From positions 1-64,000 of the IMG/VR virus record IMGVR_UViG_3300025141_016680: 64,000 nucleotides of DNA. One strand, 5' to 3'. The notes below the pieces were generated by a model. It had not been told where the DNA came from. It did not search any database and saw only the letters and a list, made by a program, of their open reading frames with translations. The stretch comes from a virus. Shown in pieces: positions 1 to 10,325 of this stretch. A program made the position numbers and the translations under genes. The number at the start of each line of letters is the position of its first letter. The stretch's first letter is position 1.

Positions 1-2189
1 GTGGCTGTGTAGAAGTTCTGGAAGTATGTGAGGGGTATAGCAGCCTCGAGACCGAATATCAACTCATCCGTTGGTAGTAGAAGGTAGGGAGCTTTCTGCT
101 GGAGCGTACCGGTGGCCAGATCCTCGAATCCAATCTCGGAATTACTGGATTGAAAATTAGGGTGGAGGTTATATTTGAAAGGCCCACCAAAGGGTCTGCT
201 AGTACGAGGATCAGCCATTTGAATCGAGGTACCGGACATCTTCTGTATGGGGAGCTGGGGATCTGCCTGCTCGCTATCTGATGGGTAGAATCCGTAGGTG
301 TGATCACCAAATTGTGTCACAGCGACGGTGTCCTTACCACCGACAAGACTTCCTGACTCGTACAATCTCTGGGCTCTGAATGGTTTGCATGCTGTGCCGC
401 CAGGCCAGTAATTATAGAGCTCTGCATTTCCGTTGGCGACTTGGCTGTCTGTTCCATTTCCATCAGCTGTACCTTTCATCACGTATCCAGCTGAGGAATC
501 TGGACAGTAAAAATGTCCGTGAAAGGATGCACCCACAACGGCTGGCTGAATCTCGAGACGCACAGAGCCTGTATATGTTCCAGACACCATAAAATGAGCG
601 GGTGTCAGAGAGGTCGAACCTGTGCCAGCGAGGGGATCAACAATGAACTTGTGCTTAAATGCGGGACCATTCTGGGGCTCAAACTGATAAGATGCAGATG
701 CAAATGTTGGGGCTACTGTGGCATCCTCCTCACCGCCCCAGAATCTCTGGGGCGGTGTGGGAGATACTCCATCTGACGACTGTGCCTCGTCAAACTGTGG
801 CTTGGCATTGAGCACACCTGTGTTGTAGAACGTCATCACACCACTGCAGATGAGAAATCTCTGGCTACCGGAGATCTCAAGCGCACTGTCACGCCCACTA
901 TTTCTGTGTATGATGTCATCACTGTTATTGCCGCTGTATTTTCCTCCGGCAACGGGCTGTCGCTGTTGTCTGTAGATGAAGAACACATAATCCTGCTGCT
1001 GGACCATGTTTTCTGGGCAGAGACCACGCTGGTACACAGGGACAGAATTGTCCTGTGCAGCGCCATCAGGTATGCCATCAGATCCTACCGCGTGGGATGG
1101 CTGCTGGCTTCCTGTTCCGGCAACCTGACGCTGGGCAAAGACAGGAAGCTCCACTACGATCTTCTCAAGAAGGAACGGAGAGGATATGTAATCAGACAAC
1201 TTAAGACAGTGACTTGATGTTCCGTGATATCTCGTGTCAAATGGTGCCATTCCTGTTACTGTTGGGTATCCAGCTCGTCGGAAGTTTTGGCTGGGTATGT
1301 CCAGCCTAAGTGGATCCTCAGAACCCTGACCCTGTGTCGCCTGGCAGGGTGTAAATTGGAACGGGAAGTGTGTGGCACCGGAGACCATCTTGTTATTAGA
1401 CTCACCAGTGTTTCCCTGCGCATGCCATGCCCAGTCGTAGGGAATGTTGCTGCCCATTGCAGGATCGATATTGCCCGTGTCCTCCCAGCGCTTCTTAGCC
1501 CAGTTGTAATAGGCGAATCCAGTCATATCCCTGTTATAAAATTCGCTGCTTGAAGTGAGAAAAAGATCGCCGGCGGCTGTTACTGTGCCACCGGTCTTAG
1601 AGTGCTTCGATATTCTCGTAGCGTAGTGAGCAGCGGGGGCGTCATGGGTGATGTCAAATCTTATCTGTGTCTTGTCCTTCAGTGGACTTGAGAAACCTAA
1701 CATTTGATCCTGGGAGGTTCCAGTCAGGTAAAATGGGCTTCGATCTAAGTAGATTCGACTTTCGTCAAAGGGTGTTAGAGTCTCAGGAGCTGCACCACCG
1801 GGCATGATGCTCTGGGAGATGAGATTGGGAATGAAGGCGTTGTGCGCTGATGAGGATCCAAATGCGACAATTGTGCCTGTCAGGCCTTGTATTAGCTGGC
1901 TGCCGACAGGTAGCATATTAGGATAGAGAATGTTTCCTGTTAGCTCAGTCGTTGTCCCGGTTGGCTGGTATGACGCTCCAAAAATCGGTGTGTTTGAGTC
2001 ATTGAATGTGGATGACATGAATCCCATTCTGTCATGATCACCTGTTCTTCTGATCACTGGGTATGATCCCGTTCGGTCATCCTGGATTCTGATCTCTATC
2101 CTTGGAGGTATTGTTAGAAATCTACTTTGGGTTCCACTTATGATCGTGCTATTCGCGCCACGAGGTCCCGGGTTATTAACATCACTCAT
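1..2189 (-). CDS. Large hypothetical virion protein, >729 aa, 3' end outside the window (absent from ORF track)
   Basis: Hand translation: ATG at 2189 overlaps the TGA of the upstream gene (ATGA). It reads MSDVNNPGPRGANSTIISGTQSRFLTIPP... with no stop down to base 1 (...PYLLLPTDELIFGLEAAIPLTYFQNFYTA). Rich in SG/TG motifs like its structural neighbours. Confidence 0.88.
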   Translation of the reverse strand, partial: MSDVNNPGPRGANSTIISGTQSRFLTIPPRIEIRIQDDRTGSYPVIRRTGDHDRMGFMSSTFNDSNTPIFGASYQPTGTTTELTGNILYPNMLPVGSQLIQGLTGTIVAFGSSSAHNAFIPNLISQSIMPGGAAPETLTPFDESRIYLDRSPFYLTGTSQDQMLGFSSPLKDKTQIRFDITHDAPAAHYATRISKHSKTGGTVTAAGDLFLTSSSEFYNRDMTGFAYYNWAKKRWEDTGNIDPAMGSNIPYDWAWHAQGNTGESNNKMVSGATHFPFQFTPCQATQGQGSEDPLRLDIPSQNFRRAGYPTVTGMAPFDTRYHGTSSHCLKLSDYISSPFLLEKIVVELPVFAQRQVAGTGSQQPSHAVGSDGIPDGAAQDNSVPVYQRGLCPENMVQQQDYVFFIYRQQRQPVAGGKYSGNNSDDIIHRNSGRDSALEISGSQRFLICSGVMTFYNTGVLNAKPQFDEAQSSDGVSPTPPQRFWGGEEDATVAPTFASASYQFEPQNGPAFKHKFIVDPLAGTGSTSLTPAHFMVSGTYTGSVRLEIQPAVVGASFHGHFYCPDSSAGYVMKGTADGNGTDSQVANGNAELYNYWPGGTACKPFRAQRLYESGSLVGGKDTVAVTQFGDHTYGFYPSDSEQADPQLPIQKMSGTSIQMADPRTSRPFGGPFKYNLHPNFQSSNSEIGFEDLATGTLQQKAPYLLLPTDELIFGLEAAIPLTYFQNFYTA

Positions 2190-3187
2190 CTCTTCAATCC
2201 TGCAAATGCTATTGAGTCAGTTCCCAGTATTGTTGAGCTGCCAGAATTTGCATCTAAATCAGACCCCTCTACCACTGCTGTCTCTCTAAAGATAAACCCA
2301 GATGTCGAAGACTTAAATCTCACACCAAGCGGACCTCGATCTCTAAAGCTGCCTGAGAGAGCCTGCATTATGACACTGGCGTCCGCTCCATTTCCAAGAG
2401 ATCCAGTGACCTCTTCTGGAGGATTCTGGAGTCCCATCCTTGGTGACTGGTCAAATGCATCGTCAAATGGCACCATCGCCACAGTGTGTGCAGATATGAT
2501 TCCCGGCTGAAACAGGTAGGCAAATGCTCCGTCAGAACCCGTCGGGGTGGGTATAGATCCAGTTGACATGCCCGGAATTCTTGGACCGTGTGAACCCTCT
2601 GATGACTCAAAAAATGCTGACATTGTCACAGGCTTGAATTCGATCTGCTGTGAAATTACTGTGGATTCCTTGAGTACATTCTGTGATGTCATCCCCTGGA
2701 GTGAAGCCCGGATCTCATGGGCAACAAAAGGTGCCTCTGAAGATGCATCAGAGAATGTTCCTCTTATGGCGAGAGGCTCAATTACACCGTCCATCTGACC
2801 TGGGTCGAGAAAGAAAGGTGTGCTTAGAACAACTGGATACTGCGCTGATGTGTCTCCTGCATTTATGTAATCCTTTGAATTGACAATGCCAATGATGTCA
2901 ATGTACGGTGACGTTGTTCCGTCCGGACCAGGATCCTCAAATAGCTTGGGCTGACCGTAAGTATGCTTTGGCATCTTGTGATCAAATCTTGTGCTTGCAT
3001 CACTGGGAAAATCACCGCCCATAATAATTGGACTAAGACTTTGTCTATAGTCACTAAAGCCCCTGACACTGATGCCCTGCCTAAACTGATTAACCTGATT
3101 TCCTAGTGAGCTGGAGGCAGGTGTGGCACGTGACACCACTCTGAAGATGTCATGCTTATCCCTATCATTAAACGGTACTATTGCCAC
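2186..3187 (-). CDS. Hypothetical virion-associated protein
   Basis: 333-aa ORF in the structural operon, translationally coupled to the next gene, with TGS/SGS motifs. No family recognised. Confidence 0.75.
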   Translation of the reverse strand: MAIVPFNDRDKHDIFRVVSRATPASSSLGNQVNQFRQGISVRGFSDYRQSLSPIIMGGDFPSDASTRFDHKMPKHTYGQPKLFEDPGPDGTTSPYIDIIGIVNSKDYINAGDTSAQYPVVLSTPFFLDPGQMDGVIEPLAIRGTFSDASSEAPFVAHEIRASLQGMTSQNVLKESTVISQQIEFKPVTMSAFFESSEGSHGPRIPGMSTGSIPTPTGSDGAFAYLFQPGIISAHTVAMVPFDDAFDQSPRMGLQNPPEEVTGSLGNGADASVIMQALSGSFRDRGPLGVRFKSSTSGFIFRETAVVEGSDLDANSGSSTILGTDSIAFAGLKR

Positions 3188-3201
3188 ACAAAACTCACAA
3201 T

Positions 3202-6200
3202 CTAGTTAGAATTCAGATCCCCTGATATCTCAATGATCCTCGCTCCCTTAACATCAATGTCTCTCTCAAACCCCTGAAGGTATATGTCATCAAATAAATA
3301 TCTAAACCTGTTTCTTTCAAGCACATGTGATTCGATCACAAAATTAACTCCAAGAAAATTTGTCTTTCTGGGAATTAGCTGCTCAATCAGAACAGAAAAA
3401 GATGAATCAAACCACTTAAAAAAGTCAAAGTATGATGCGATGTCAAGCTTCCTGGTCAGCCTGTTGAAATAAATGTCACTTAGATGCTCTAAATCTGGAT
3501 AGAAATCATCAAATAACAGATTTGGAGAACCGAGAGCTGAATCGAAAAAATCAAGAGATGAGAACATATTCATAATATCCTCGTCGAGAGATCTGATCGC
3601 AGAAAAATCTATACTAAATCTATTATCGTCATCAGGCTTCTCACTTGGTTGTATTTCATACATGGGAGCAGGAACCGCATATGCGCTCTCGTCCACCAGA
3701 TCTTGATCCTGAAAACTTCTTATTCTCACCTTTTGATCAGACTGTGCAATATCAAACTTTGGTGATAGAATACTATAGTTAAATGTCTCCGGGCGGACCA
3801 CACTCTTGCTTATCTCAAATCCACTTCCGCTAAAGAATAAATCATTCTGTGAGAAATCATGCAATACAATATTTCCCTTTGTATTTGATCCGGTGATGGC
3901 TTGATCTGTTGAAACATCAAGTCTTAACCGCTCGAATGCACCCGTTGGGGCTGTCACAAAGTTAAAGTTCGCCCTTGGATCATTAACACCTAAGGATTTA
4001 AAGTTTCTTGCGTGCTCTCTAAATTCTGCACCTGAAAGCCCTTTTGAATAAAACTTTATGTGGCCCATCTTTCCATTAAATTCTGTGTGGAGATTTTGTA
4101 TGTCATATTTTCCACTTTTGTCATCTGTTCCTGAGTTTAAGCAGTAGCTATTTGACGGGCTCGGTGTTATTGACTGTGATCCTATCACAAGAAATGGCCC
4201 AGATCTGTTGAATGAATTTGCTATTGCACCTGTTGCCTGGAAGAGATTACCAAGAGGAGATCCATTCGATGCCTCCTGGAATAGAGACGATGTGCTAAAG
4301 ATCTCAGCAATCCCCCCATACGACTGTCGTGCACATCTCAAAAAATATGAAGATGAGGACGGTAAGCCAATCTCATCACACCTATTTCTCCCAAATGAGA
4401 GATACCATTTATTGCCATCAAATATGTTAACACCCGTGAGAGACAGCTCAAGATGTGGCTCACTAGTTGTTTGAATTGAAGGCTTGACAAATAGCTTGAT
4501 CTCTGATCCGCTCGATGTGACACTGTTCTGTGCACCAGATAAAATTATCACATTTGCCAGAACCAGTCCTGAGCCTGCAGCTGGTGTTGATGTTCCTGTT
4601 GTGTGAATTCTGACTAAGCTTTGTGTTAAGGGATATCCGCCTCCCTGACTTGGGAACTTATAAATGCCCTCATAGGTAAAGGATCCCGATGTAAAGAATC
4701 CGTCACCGTGATCAGTAGAAATTCCGTGGATAAGCTTGCCCGTAGCAGACCTTCCATATCCTGAAGCCTTGTTTACCATTGTGCCCTTTGGCGCAGGGAA
4801 TCCTGATTCAAGTCTTGATGATGAAAGAAATTGTGATATTACATGCGGTGTTGCGAAGCTTCCAGAGCTAAGATAGCCGAAGCCTCTATGACTAGATGTA
4901 AGTGTCAGAGGGTTGTGCCCAAAGCTTCCGGAGAAATCTAGCATGGTTGAAACTTCAGATCTTTTTTGTCTCAAGTCCTGCAGAGTTCTTCTTGATGGTC
5001 CGCCATACTCTCTTATAGTAAATAAGCTATCAACATTTATGCCAGCTGCTGCCATTAAGCTTCGAATACTGTGTATAGTTCCCTTTGACTGTCTAGACTC
5101 CTTAAGATTAATTAGAATTCTCTTCCAGATCTGATTCTGAACATGTTGCAAAGAATTATCAGATAAGCTCTCTAAATTCTTAATATTTTCTCCACGAAGA
5201 AATTGTCCTAATGATGCATTTGAGTATAGAGAAGGTAAGCTAAAGCCATAGTATTTTGCAACAAACGGCAATAGTTTTTCAGCAACAGCTTCATCATCAT
5301 CATAGTCAACGTGTATGACCTTTGAAAAATGATCAATTGTTATTTTTAGCTCATCAAAAAACTTGGCCCATATTAACAAAAAAGCTGTTAATAGCTGTGA
5401 AGAGCCTATCTCTCCAGACCCAGGTATAGAATTTGCTGTAAATGGTTGCCCTAGCTGTCCATCGGGGCCGCCGGCGGGCTCTGATGCTCTCTCAAGCCCT
5501 TCATCGATCTGTCCTTCGATCAGATAGTGAACAGGGAGGAGTCTAGTAATAAGATTTGGATTCTCTCTATCATAATTGCTCGCAGTTGATAATAAAGTCG
5601 AATTAAGATTTGCTACCTTGGAAAATCCCGGAAATAAAATGGGTGATAAAGACTTGTCCTCAGCTGTCATTGGAACTGGCAGTGATCCAGTCAGTCGCAT
5701 GCTAGATGTAAAATTCGAAATCGGAGTGTGGAGAGAGTAACCCGAACTGTCAAGAACAACATCTCTTGCACCATATGAACCCGTATAAAATGGCTCATTA
5801 AATCTGAAATACAGCTTTAGTGGTTTTTGAGCAAAGATATTTCTAAGTCTTTCTGACCTCTGATTCTCTGGTCTTCGAACATTGTGAAAAAACCTAAACT
5901 CATCTAGAGCACCTGATAGTGTTTGTGTAGGTACAAAATAATCCTTCTCTGCCCCAGGTAATATGGACTTATCAACTGTTATTGAGGTGCCGGAGCCAAT
6001 CAGAAAATTCTGGTCACTTATAGATATCGGACCCATGAACCCAACGTTTGTAGAACTTGCAACAAGCGTCTGGCTGAGAAACAGCTTTATCTTTCCTACA
6101 CTGCCTCGCCTATCATATACAGCACAAATATGATTCCACCTTCCCTTATCAATTGATGCACTAGTTGCTAGCTTGACAGTACCTGAGGTCACAGCAAATA

Positions 6201-6924
6201 TCAAATCAACAGTGTTAGCTTGCGAAGCTGTGGTAGGATGAGATGTACCAGAAAGGTTAGATGCAGACAGTGCTAAGACAAAGCCAAAGCTAGAAGTGGT
6301 ACTCAAAGAGGTCGGATGAGGTGTGGAGCTTGAAACATGCTGACAGATCACTTGATTTCCACTTCCCGTCATAGCAGAAAAAAGATGTGTCTCTATTGAA
6401 AATGAACTATCTCCCACACTTAAAACAGACTCACCTGTATTCAATCTTGAAAAGCTTGGAAATCTAACTCCAGCTGCATCTACGACCTCCATGAAGGTTC
6501 CGTGGGTACCCTGGGGATCATGGCTAGATCCTGAAAACATTAGAAATCCGACATTCTTTGGAAATCTATCAAAGACATGTTTTTCAAATCCGGTTAGCGA
6601 ATCCTGGAATTGCTCTAGCTCTTTTCTAGTTCCATCAAAGGGAAATTCGTTTATTATTCGATCAAATGCAATATTGACCTTTGATTCAGCAGAATTAAAA
6701 AATGTGTGATTTTCAAATTTTGTGTAATCTAGAGGAATCTCTTGAGTCGACCTTATTCCTGCCCCTGGCGAATCGAATCTAAATGACCCAGTACTAAGAA
6801 TGTTTGTATCTCTTACTGAAGACAAAGATATCTCAGGTGAATTACTTGGCGTCGCAGTTCGTCGACTAACAGAGGGTTCAAAAAGCTTTGGACCCGGATT
6901 CAAACTTAGATTTCTCTTCGGCAT
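3202..6924 (-). CDS. Baseplate wedge-like protein with LamG/concanavalin A-like domains
   Basis: LamG-type motifs GRWNHICAVYDR and SGALDEFRFF, with a second copy around DGNKWYLSFGR and NGKMGHIKFY. P2 gpI/T4 gp7-like segment LPFVAKYYGF...KGTIHSIRSLM. Baseplate gene context. Confidence 0.6.
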   Translation of the reverse strand: MPKRNLSLNPGPKLFEPSVSRRTATPSNSPEISLSSVRDTNILSTGSFRFDSPGAGIRSTQEIPLDYTKFENHTFFNSAESKVNIAFDRIINEFPFDGTRKELEQFQDSLTGFEKHVFDRFPKNVGFLMFSGSSHDPQGTHGTFMEVVDAAGVRFPSFSRLNTGESVLSVGDSSFSIETHLFSAMTGSGNQVICQHVSSSTPHPTSLSTTSSFGFVLALSASNLSGTSHPTTASQANTVDLIFAVTSGTVKLATSASIDKGRWNHICAVYDRRGSVGKIKLFLSQTLVASSTNVGFMGPISISDQNFLIGSGTSITVDKSILPGAEKDYFVPTQTLSGALDEFRFFHNVRRPENQRSERLRNIFAQKPLKLYFRFNEPFYTGSYGARDVVLDSSGYSLHTPISNFTSSMRLTGSLPVPMTAEDKSLSPILFPGFSKVANLNSTLLSTASNYDRENPNLITRLLPVHYLIEGQIDEGLERASEPAGGPDGQLGQPFTANSIPGSGEIGSSQLLTAFLLIWAKFFDELKITIDHFSKVIHVDYDDDEAVAEKLLPFVAKYYGFSLPSLYSNASLGQFLRGENIKNLESLSDNSLQHVQNQIWKRILINLKESRQSKGTIHSIRSLMAAAGINVDSLFTIREYGGPSRRTLQDLRQKRSEVSTMLDFSGSFGHNPLTLTSSHRGFGYLSSGSFATPHVISQFLSSSRLESGFPAPKGTMVNKASGYGRSATGKLIHGISTDHGDGFFTSGSFTYEGIYKFPSQGGGYPLTQSLVRIHTTGTSTPAAGSGLVLANVIILSGAQNSVTSSGSEIKLFVKPSIQTTSEPHLELSLTGVNIFDGNKWYLSFGRNRCDEIGLPSSSSYFLRCARQSYGGIAEIFSTSSLFQEASNGSPLGNLFQATGAIANSFNRSGPFLVIGSQSITPSPSNSYCLNSGTDDKSGKYDIQNLHTEFNGKMGHIKFYSKGLSGAEFREHARNFKSLGVNDPRANFNFVTAPTGAFERLRLDVSTDQAITGSNTKGNIVLHDFSQNDLFFSGSGFEISKSVVRPETFNYSILSPKFDIAQSDQKVRIRSFQDQDLVDESAYAVPAPMYEIQPSEKPDDDNRFSIDFSAIRSLDEDIMNMFSSLDFFDSALGSPNLLFDDFYPDLEHLSDIYFNRLTRKLDIASYFDFFKWFDSSFSVLIEQLIPRKTNFLGVNFVIESHVLERNRFRYLFDDIYLQGFERDIDVKGARIIEISGDLNSN

Positions 6925-6929
6925 CTAGC

Positions 6930-8459
6930 TTACTCGACCTTAAACTTACTCGCAACATCTGAGAATACGTGGTCAAAACCTAGATCTTTGATAAGGAATT
7001 CAAAAACATATGTCCGACCTGCTTCTAGACTGCTCATAAAGAATTCAAAGTACATTCCCTCTGAGTCTGTTGACAATAGCGTCCCATTTTTAGTTGTATC
7101 GAAGGGTATTATGGTCTCTTTTGATTCAAAATCTCTCACTCGATAATGCATTCTCGTGAAGATTTCACTTACTGCTTCTATTGGTGTTTTCCTTACAACA
7201 AGATCATTATCTATATTTTCAACAAAGACACGCAATTTTACCCTTTCATCGCTTCGATAGCTATTGCGAAGATTGGTCACATTAACGAATAGTCTACCAG
7301 GAGAATTAACAAACGCACTTCTTTGAACGGAGTTTACAACCAGCGTTCCGGTCAAAAATCCAACTGTCTTATCTTGTGAGCTCCAGATCTCAGTAAAGGA
7401 AGCAGATCCAGCATTTATAATCTGATTTCTTAGTGTTCCTGACTCAAATTCTGAAATTGCGAACGTTGCAGAATAAACACCGCTAACAAAATTATTTCCT
7501 ATCTTGTGCTGTGATCCTGAGTATGCTCGTGAAAAGAATGTTGCGCTTCCTGAGCTTCCTGATGTCAATGTGACAATGACACTATTCGATCCTGTTATCT
7601 GTGTTGCTTGTGCTCCAGATAGTAAATTAGCTATTCTTCCCCTGTGAAAATTATTGAGAAAAAGTGAACCTGTCAAATCAAAAAAGAAGCTCCTATGATG
7701 GTCCTGGATGGTGTCGTCATATTGAATTACCATCTTGGGCCTGATTCTTGTATTTGACGAGTGTCTTGACGCAAACCTCTTTACAAATCTTGTATAGTGA
7801 TCTGTCTCTTGAGTCCCAGAAAACGATATCCTAAATCCATGATCTGGTATGTCACCGGCCAGTGTTCCAGACACCAGTGTTGTTACATCTATCTCTAAAT
7901 TCTCTGTTCCTACATCAAAGGACTGTATTTTGAACAGATTTACTACGGCACTGCCCAGACTGCCGCTCTCAATAATATCGATATCGCTCGATCCAAGCTT
8001 GCCAGGCTTGTCAGCTCCTGATAAGAACCATGTTTGTGCCTTCCCTGATGATATGGATGATGTAAGATAATTACAGGCATCTATATCTTCAAATGTGGCT
8101 ACATCTCGGCCAATTCCCTCATCAAATGACCGAGAAAGAGGAAATACAATAATCTTAAAATTTGAGGGTGTTGTCTGGCCCCCATAAACGTCATGCAATT
8201 TGAGCATTGCGTTAAATGAAGGATGTGATATATCAAGATCTGAGCCTGTTAACTGCTTAAGCGGGCTGAGATCAAACTTGATTAATATTCTTGAGATTTC
8301 AGTCGGTGCTGCTGTTCCAGAAATTATTGACTCATCATATAGCTTAAAGAGATCTAAGGTTCCCGCACGACCAACATTCGCATCTGTGGCGCGAAAAGCA
8401 CCATTAATAATTTTATTTGTGATGTATGTATCACTGCTTGCTGAGAGTATTCTATACAT
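6930..8459 (-). CDS. Virion structural protein with N-terminal DNRLRE-like domain
   Basis: Pattern DTYI...DANVG...SRILIKFDLS...RPKMVIQY resembles DNRLRE/CBM96-like domains. Located within the baseplate module. Confidence 0.55.
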   Translation of the reverse strand: MYRILSASSDTYITNKIINGAFRATDANVGRAGTLDLFKLYDESIISGTAAPTEISRILIKFDLSPLKQLTGSDLDISHPSFNAMLKLHDVYGGQTTPSNFKIIVFPLSRSFDEGIGRDVATFEDIDACNYLTSSISSGKAQTWFLSGADKPGKLGSSDIDIIESGSLGSAVVNLFKIQSFDVGTENLEIDVTTLVSGTLAGDIPDHGFRISFSGTQETDHYTRFVKRFASRHSSNTRIRPKMVIQYDDTIQDHHRSFFFDLTGSLFLNNFHRGRIANLLSGAQATQITGSNSVIVTLTSGSSGSATFFSRAYSGSQHKIGNNFVSGVYSATFAISEFESGTLRNQIINAGSASFTEIWSSQDKTVGFLTGTLVVNSVQRSAFVNSPGRLFVNVTNLRNSYRSDERVKLRVFVENIDNDLVVRKTPIEAVSEIFTRMHYRVRDFESKETIIPFDTTKNGTLLSTDSEGMYFEFFMSSLEAGRTYVFEFLIKDLGFDHVFSDVASKFKVE

Positions 8460-8466
8460 CTTTCAC

Positions 8467-10320
8467 CTAGACTGCTTTTCCAATTATATCATCACTGGGG
8501 AATCTCATCTCAAAAATTCCCCCAGCTGGCGGAACAATAATTCCTCTTGAAGTGGCTTCTGCAATATTTATCGTTTGTGGACTATATGATCGACCACTAA
8601 CAGTTCCTGCTAAACTGAATATCTGGATTCCCACCTGTGAAATAACACCGTCAGTATTCAAAATAAGATTTACTAAATCTGATATCACTATGGGTTGATC
8701 GATTTGAAAATTTGTCACATCCATGTATTTCTTAAGTGAAGTATTAACTCTTTGGACGGTTGACTCTTTGCTAGATGATGGGTCAACTACGATGCTGTAC
8801 CTAATGCCGATATTTATTACACTTGCATCGATGATATCAATTGCATCTGAGATCAACCTGAATTCATTTAGATAGGTTCTTAAGTTTTTCTTTAGTGTGT
8901 CAGGTGAGACCACTAGCTGTCCACTAGTATTTCTACTTATGATTGCCATAGTTGTCGCAAGCGGATTATTTCTATTTTGAATAATTCCCAGTCTGAAGAC
9001 ACGTCCAAAATTAGAGGGCATTGTATACACACGAGCGATTAGATCTTGCTTTGTTACAATTCTTGACTGTGAGTTTCTAAAGGCAAGAGCAGTCGACCTT
9101 AGCTCGTTCAGAGTTAATTCTGACTCTCCTCCAGCAGCTGGTGCTGTATTGTTCACAACAAGCGATGCTCTAACAGCAGAAACAACAGAAGAGGGTGTTC
9201 CACTGCTAAATTTATTTAAAAGATTAGAGATTTGAGTAATTGAACCAATCCCTACATTGTGAGAGATGCCACCGCCTGCCCTGTATCTAACAGTTATTGT
9301 TGTACTTCTAGGAGAAATTCCCATTGTTCTTGCGCCAAGAAGAGAGTTAGGATCAAGTGTAAATCGACTTAGAGACTTCTTTTGACCAAAAAGTGGTAAT
9401 GACACCTCACTGGGATCTGGAATAATATCATCATCAAGAGACGCACCATCGCCAGATCCAAATCTTATTGTTGTCAATCCAGTCGATCTATCTGTCGTAG
9501 AAATAAATCTATACGGTGCGGGTAGTATCTCAAGATTATCAGAAACAAGGTCATTATCAGCGCTGTCATTTCGAACCCTGGTAAATACTGTGTCCTGTGT
9601 TAGGGCTTCCACCTCATAGTATTCATTTCCCTCTGTGTCTATAACAGATACAATGTCTGAAACATTCTCTGATGATAGAGTAATTGTTCTGAAGGGTTTT
9701 AAATCGGCCCCGATTGAAAAGTTTTCCTCAATTGTCTTTCCTGATGTGCAAAGACCTGTCATTTTTAACTTAAATTTTGATGGTTGATTATTATTATTTG
9801 TTTCATCAACTATCACACTAGCCAGCAGGCTACCTGCGGCGTTTCTTTTGTCAAAATCAAGATTTTCTGTGAGCTCAAACGTTATTCCTGTGTTTGAAGA
9901 CAGAAGAGTTCCTGCAGAAATAATCGGAAGGTGTGATGAAATTGGTACCCTAGTATTGTTTAGCGTCTCTGCATCCACGACAATAGAAAACTCTACATCA
10001 ACAGTGGCCGGACTTGCACCCATTATCTTGACACCTGCTGCTCTAACAAGCCTTTCTACATTTTTATCTTCAACAGCTGTCTCAATATCGAGCTCATTAA
10101 ATTGATGATCTAGATAGAATGACATGACATCTCCAACGTAAGCTGCCATCTCTAAAAATAGACCACCCATGCTGGCCTCAGAGAAATCCTGAATCTCTTC
10201 GGGAAAATACGTCCGTGCGTACGTTAGAAGTTCTGCACGAAAAGCTTCAAAATCCTTATTTAGAAAAGATCTTGGTCTCTGCTGCTTGAGTTTCTTCTTT
10301 ATATTTCTTGAATTTGCCAT
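8467..10320 (-). CDS. Baseplate wedge subunit (T4 gp6 / P2 J-like)
   Basis: FLNKDFEAFRAELLTYA...DFSEASMGGLFLEMAAYVGDVMSFYLD, IRFGSG, VRYRAGGG, AAGGESELT...QSRIVTKQD. Confidence 0.88.
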   Translation of the reverse strand: MANSRNIKKKLKQQRPRSFLNKDFEAFRAELLTYARTYFPEEIQDFSEASMGGLFLEMAAYVGDVMSFYLDHQFNELDIETAVEDKNVERLVRAAGVKIMGASPATVDVEFSIVVDAETLNNTRVPISSHLPIISAGTLLSSNTGITFELTENLDFDKRNAAGSLLASVIVDETNNNNQPSKFKLKMTGLCTSGKTIEENFSIGADLKPFRTITLSSENVSDIVSVIDTEGNEYYEVEALTQDTVFTRVRNDSADNDLVSDNLEILPAPYRFISTTDRSTGLTTIRFGSGDGASLDDDIIPDPSEVSLPLFGQKKSLSRFTLDPNSLLGARTMGISPRSTTITVRYRAGGGISHNVGIGSITQISNLLNKFSSGTPSSVVSAVRASLVVNNTAPAAGGESELTLNELRSTALAFRNSQSRIVTKQDLIARVYTMPSNFGRVFRLGIIQNRNNPLATTMAIISRNTSGQLVVSPDTLKKNLRTYLNEFRLISDAIDIIDASVINIGIRYSIVVDPSSSKESTVQRVNTSLKKYMDVTNFQIDQPIVISDLVNLILNTDGVISQVGIQIFSLAGTVSGRSYSPQTINIAEATSRGIIVPPAGGIFEMRFPSDDIIGKAV

Positions 10321-10325
10321 TTTTG

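Noticed and set aside
59-2883. Short ORF-track entries in the first 3 kb, and the many plus-strand ORFs across the window
   Set aside because: They are antisense or alternate-frame shadows of long minus-strand genes. Only 58221-58454 has a recognisable domain and promoter.
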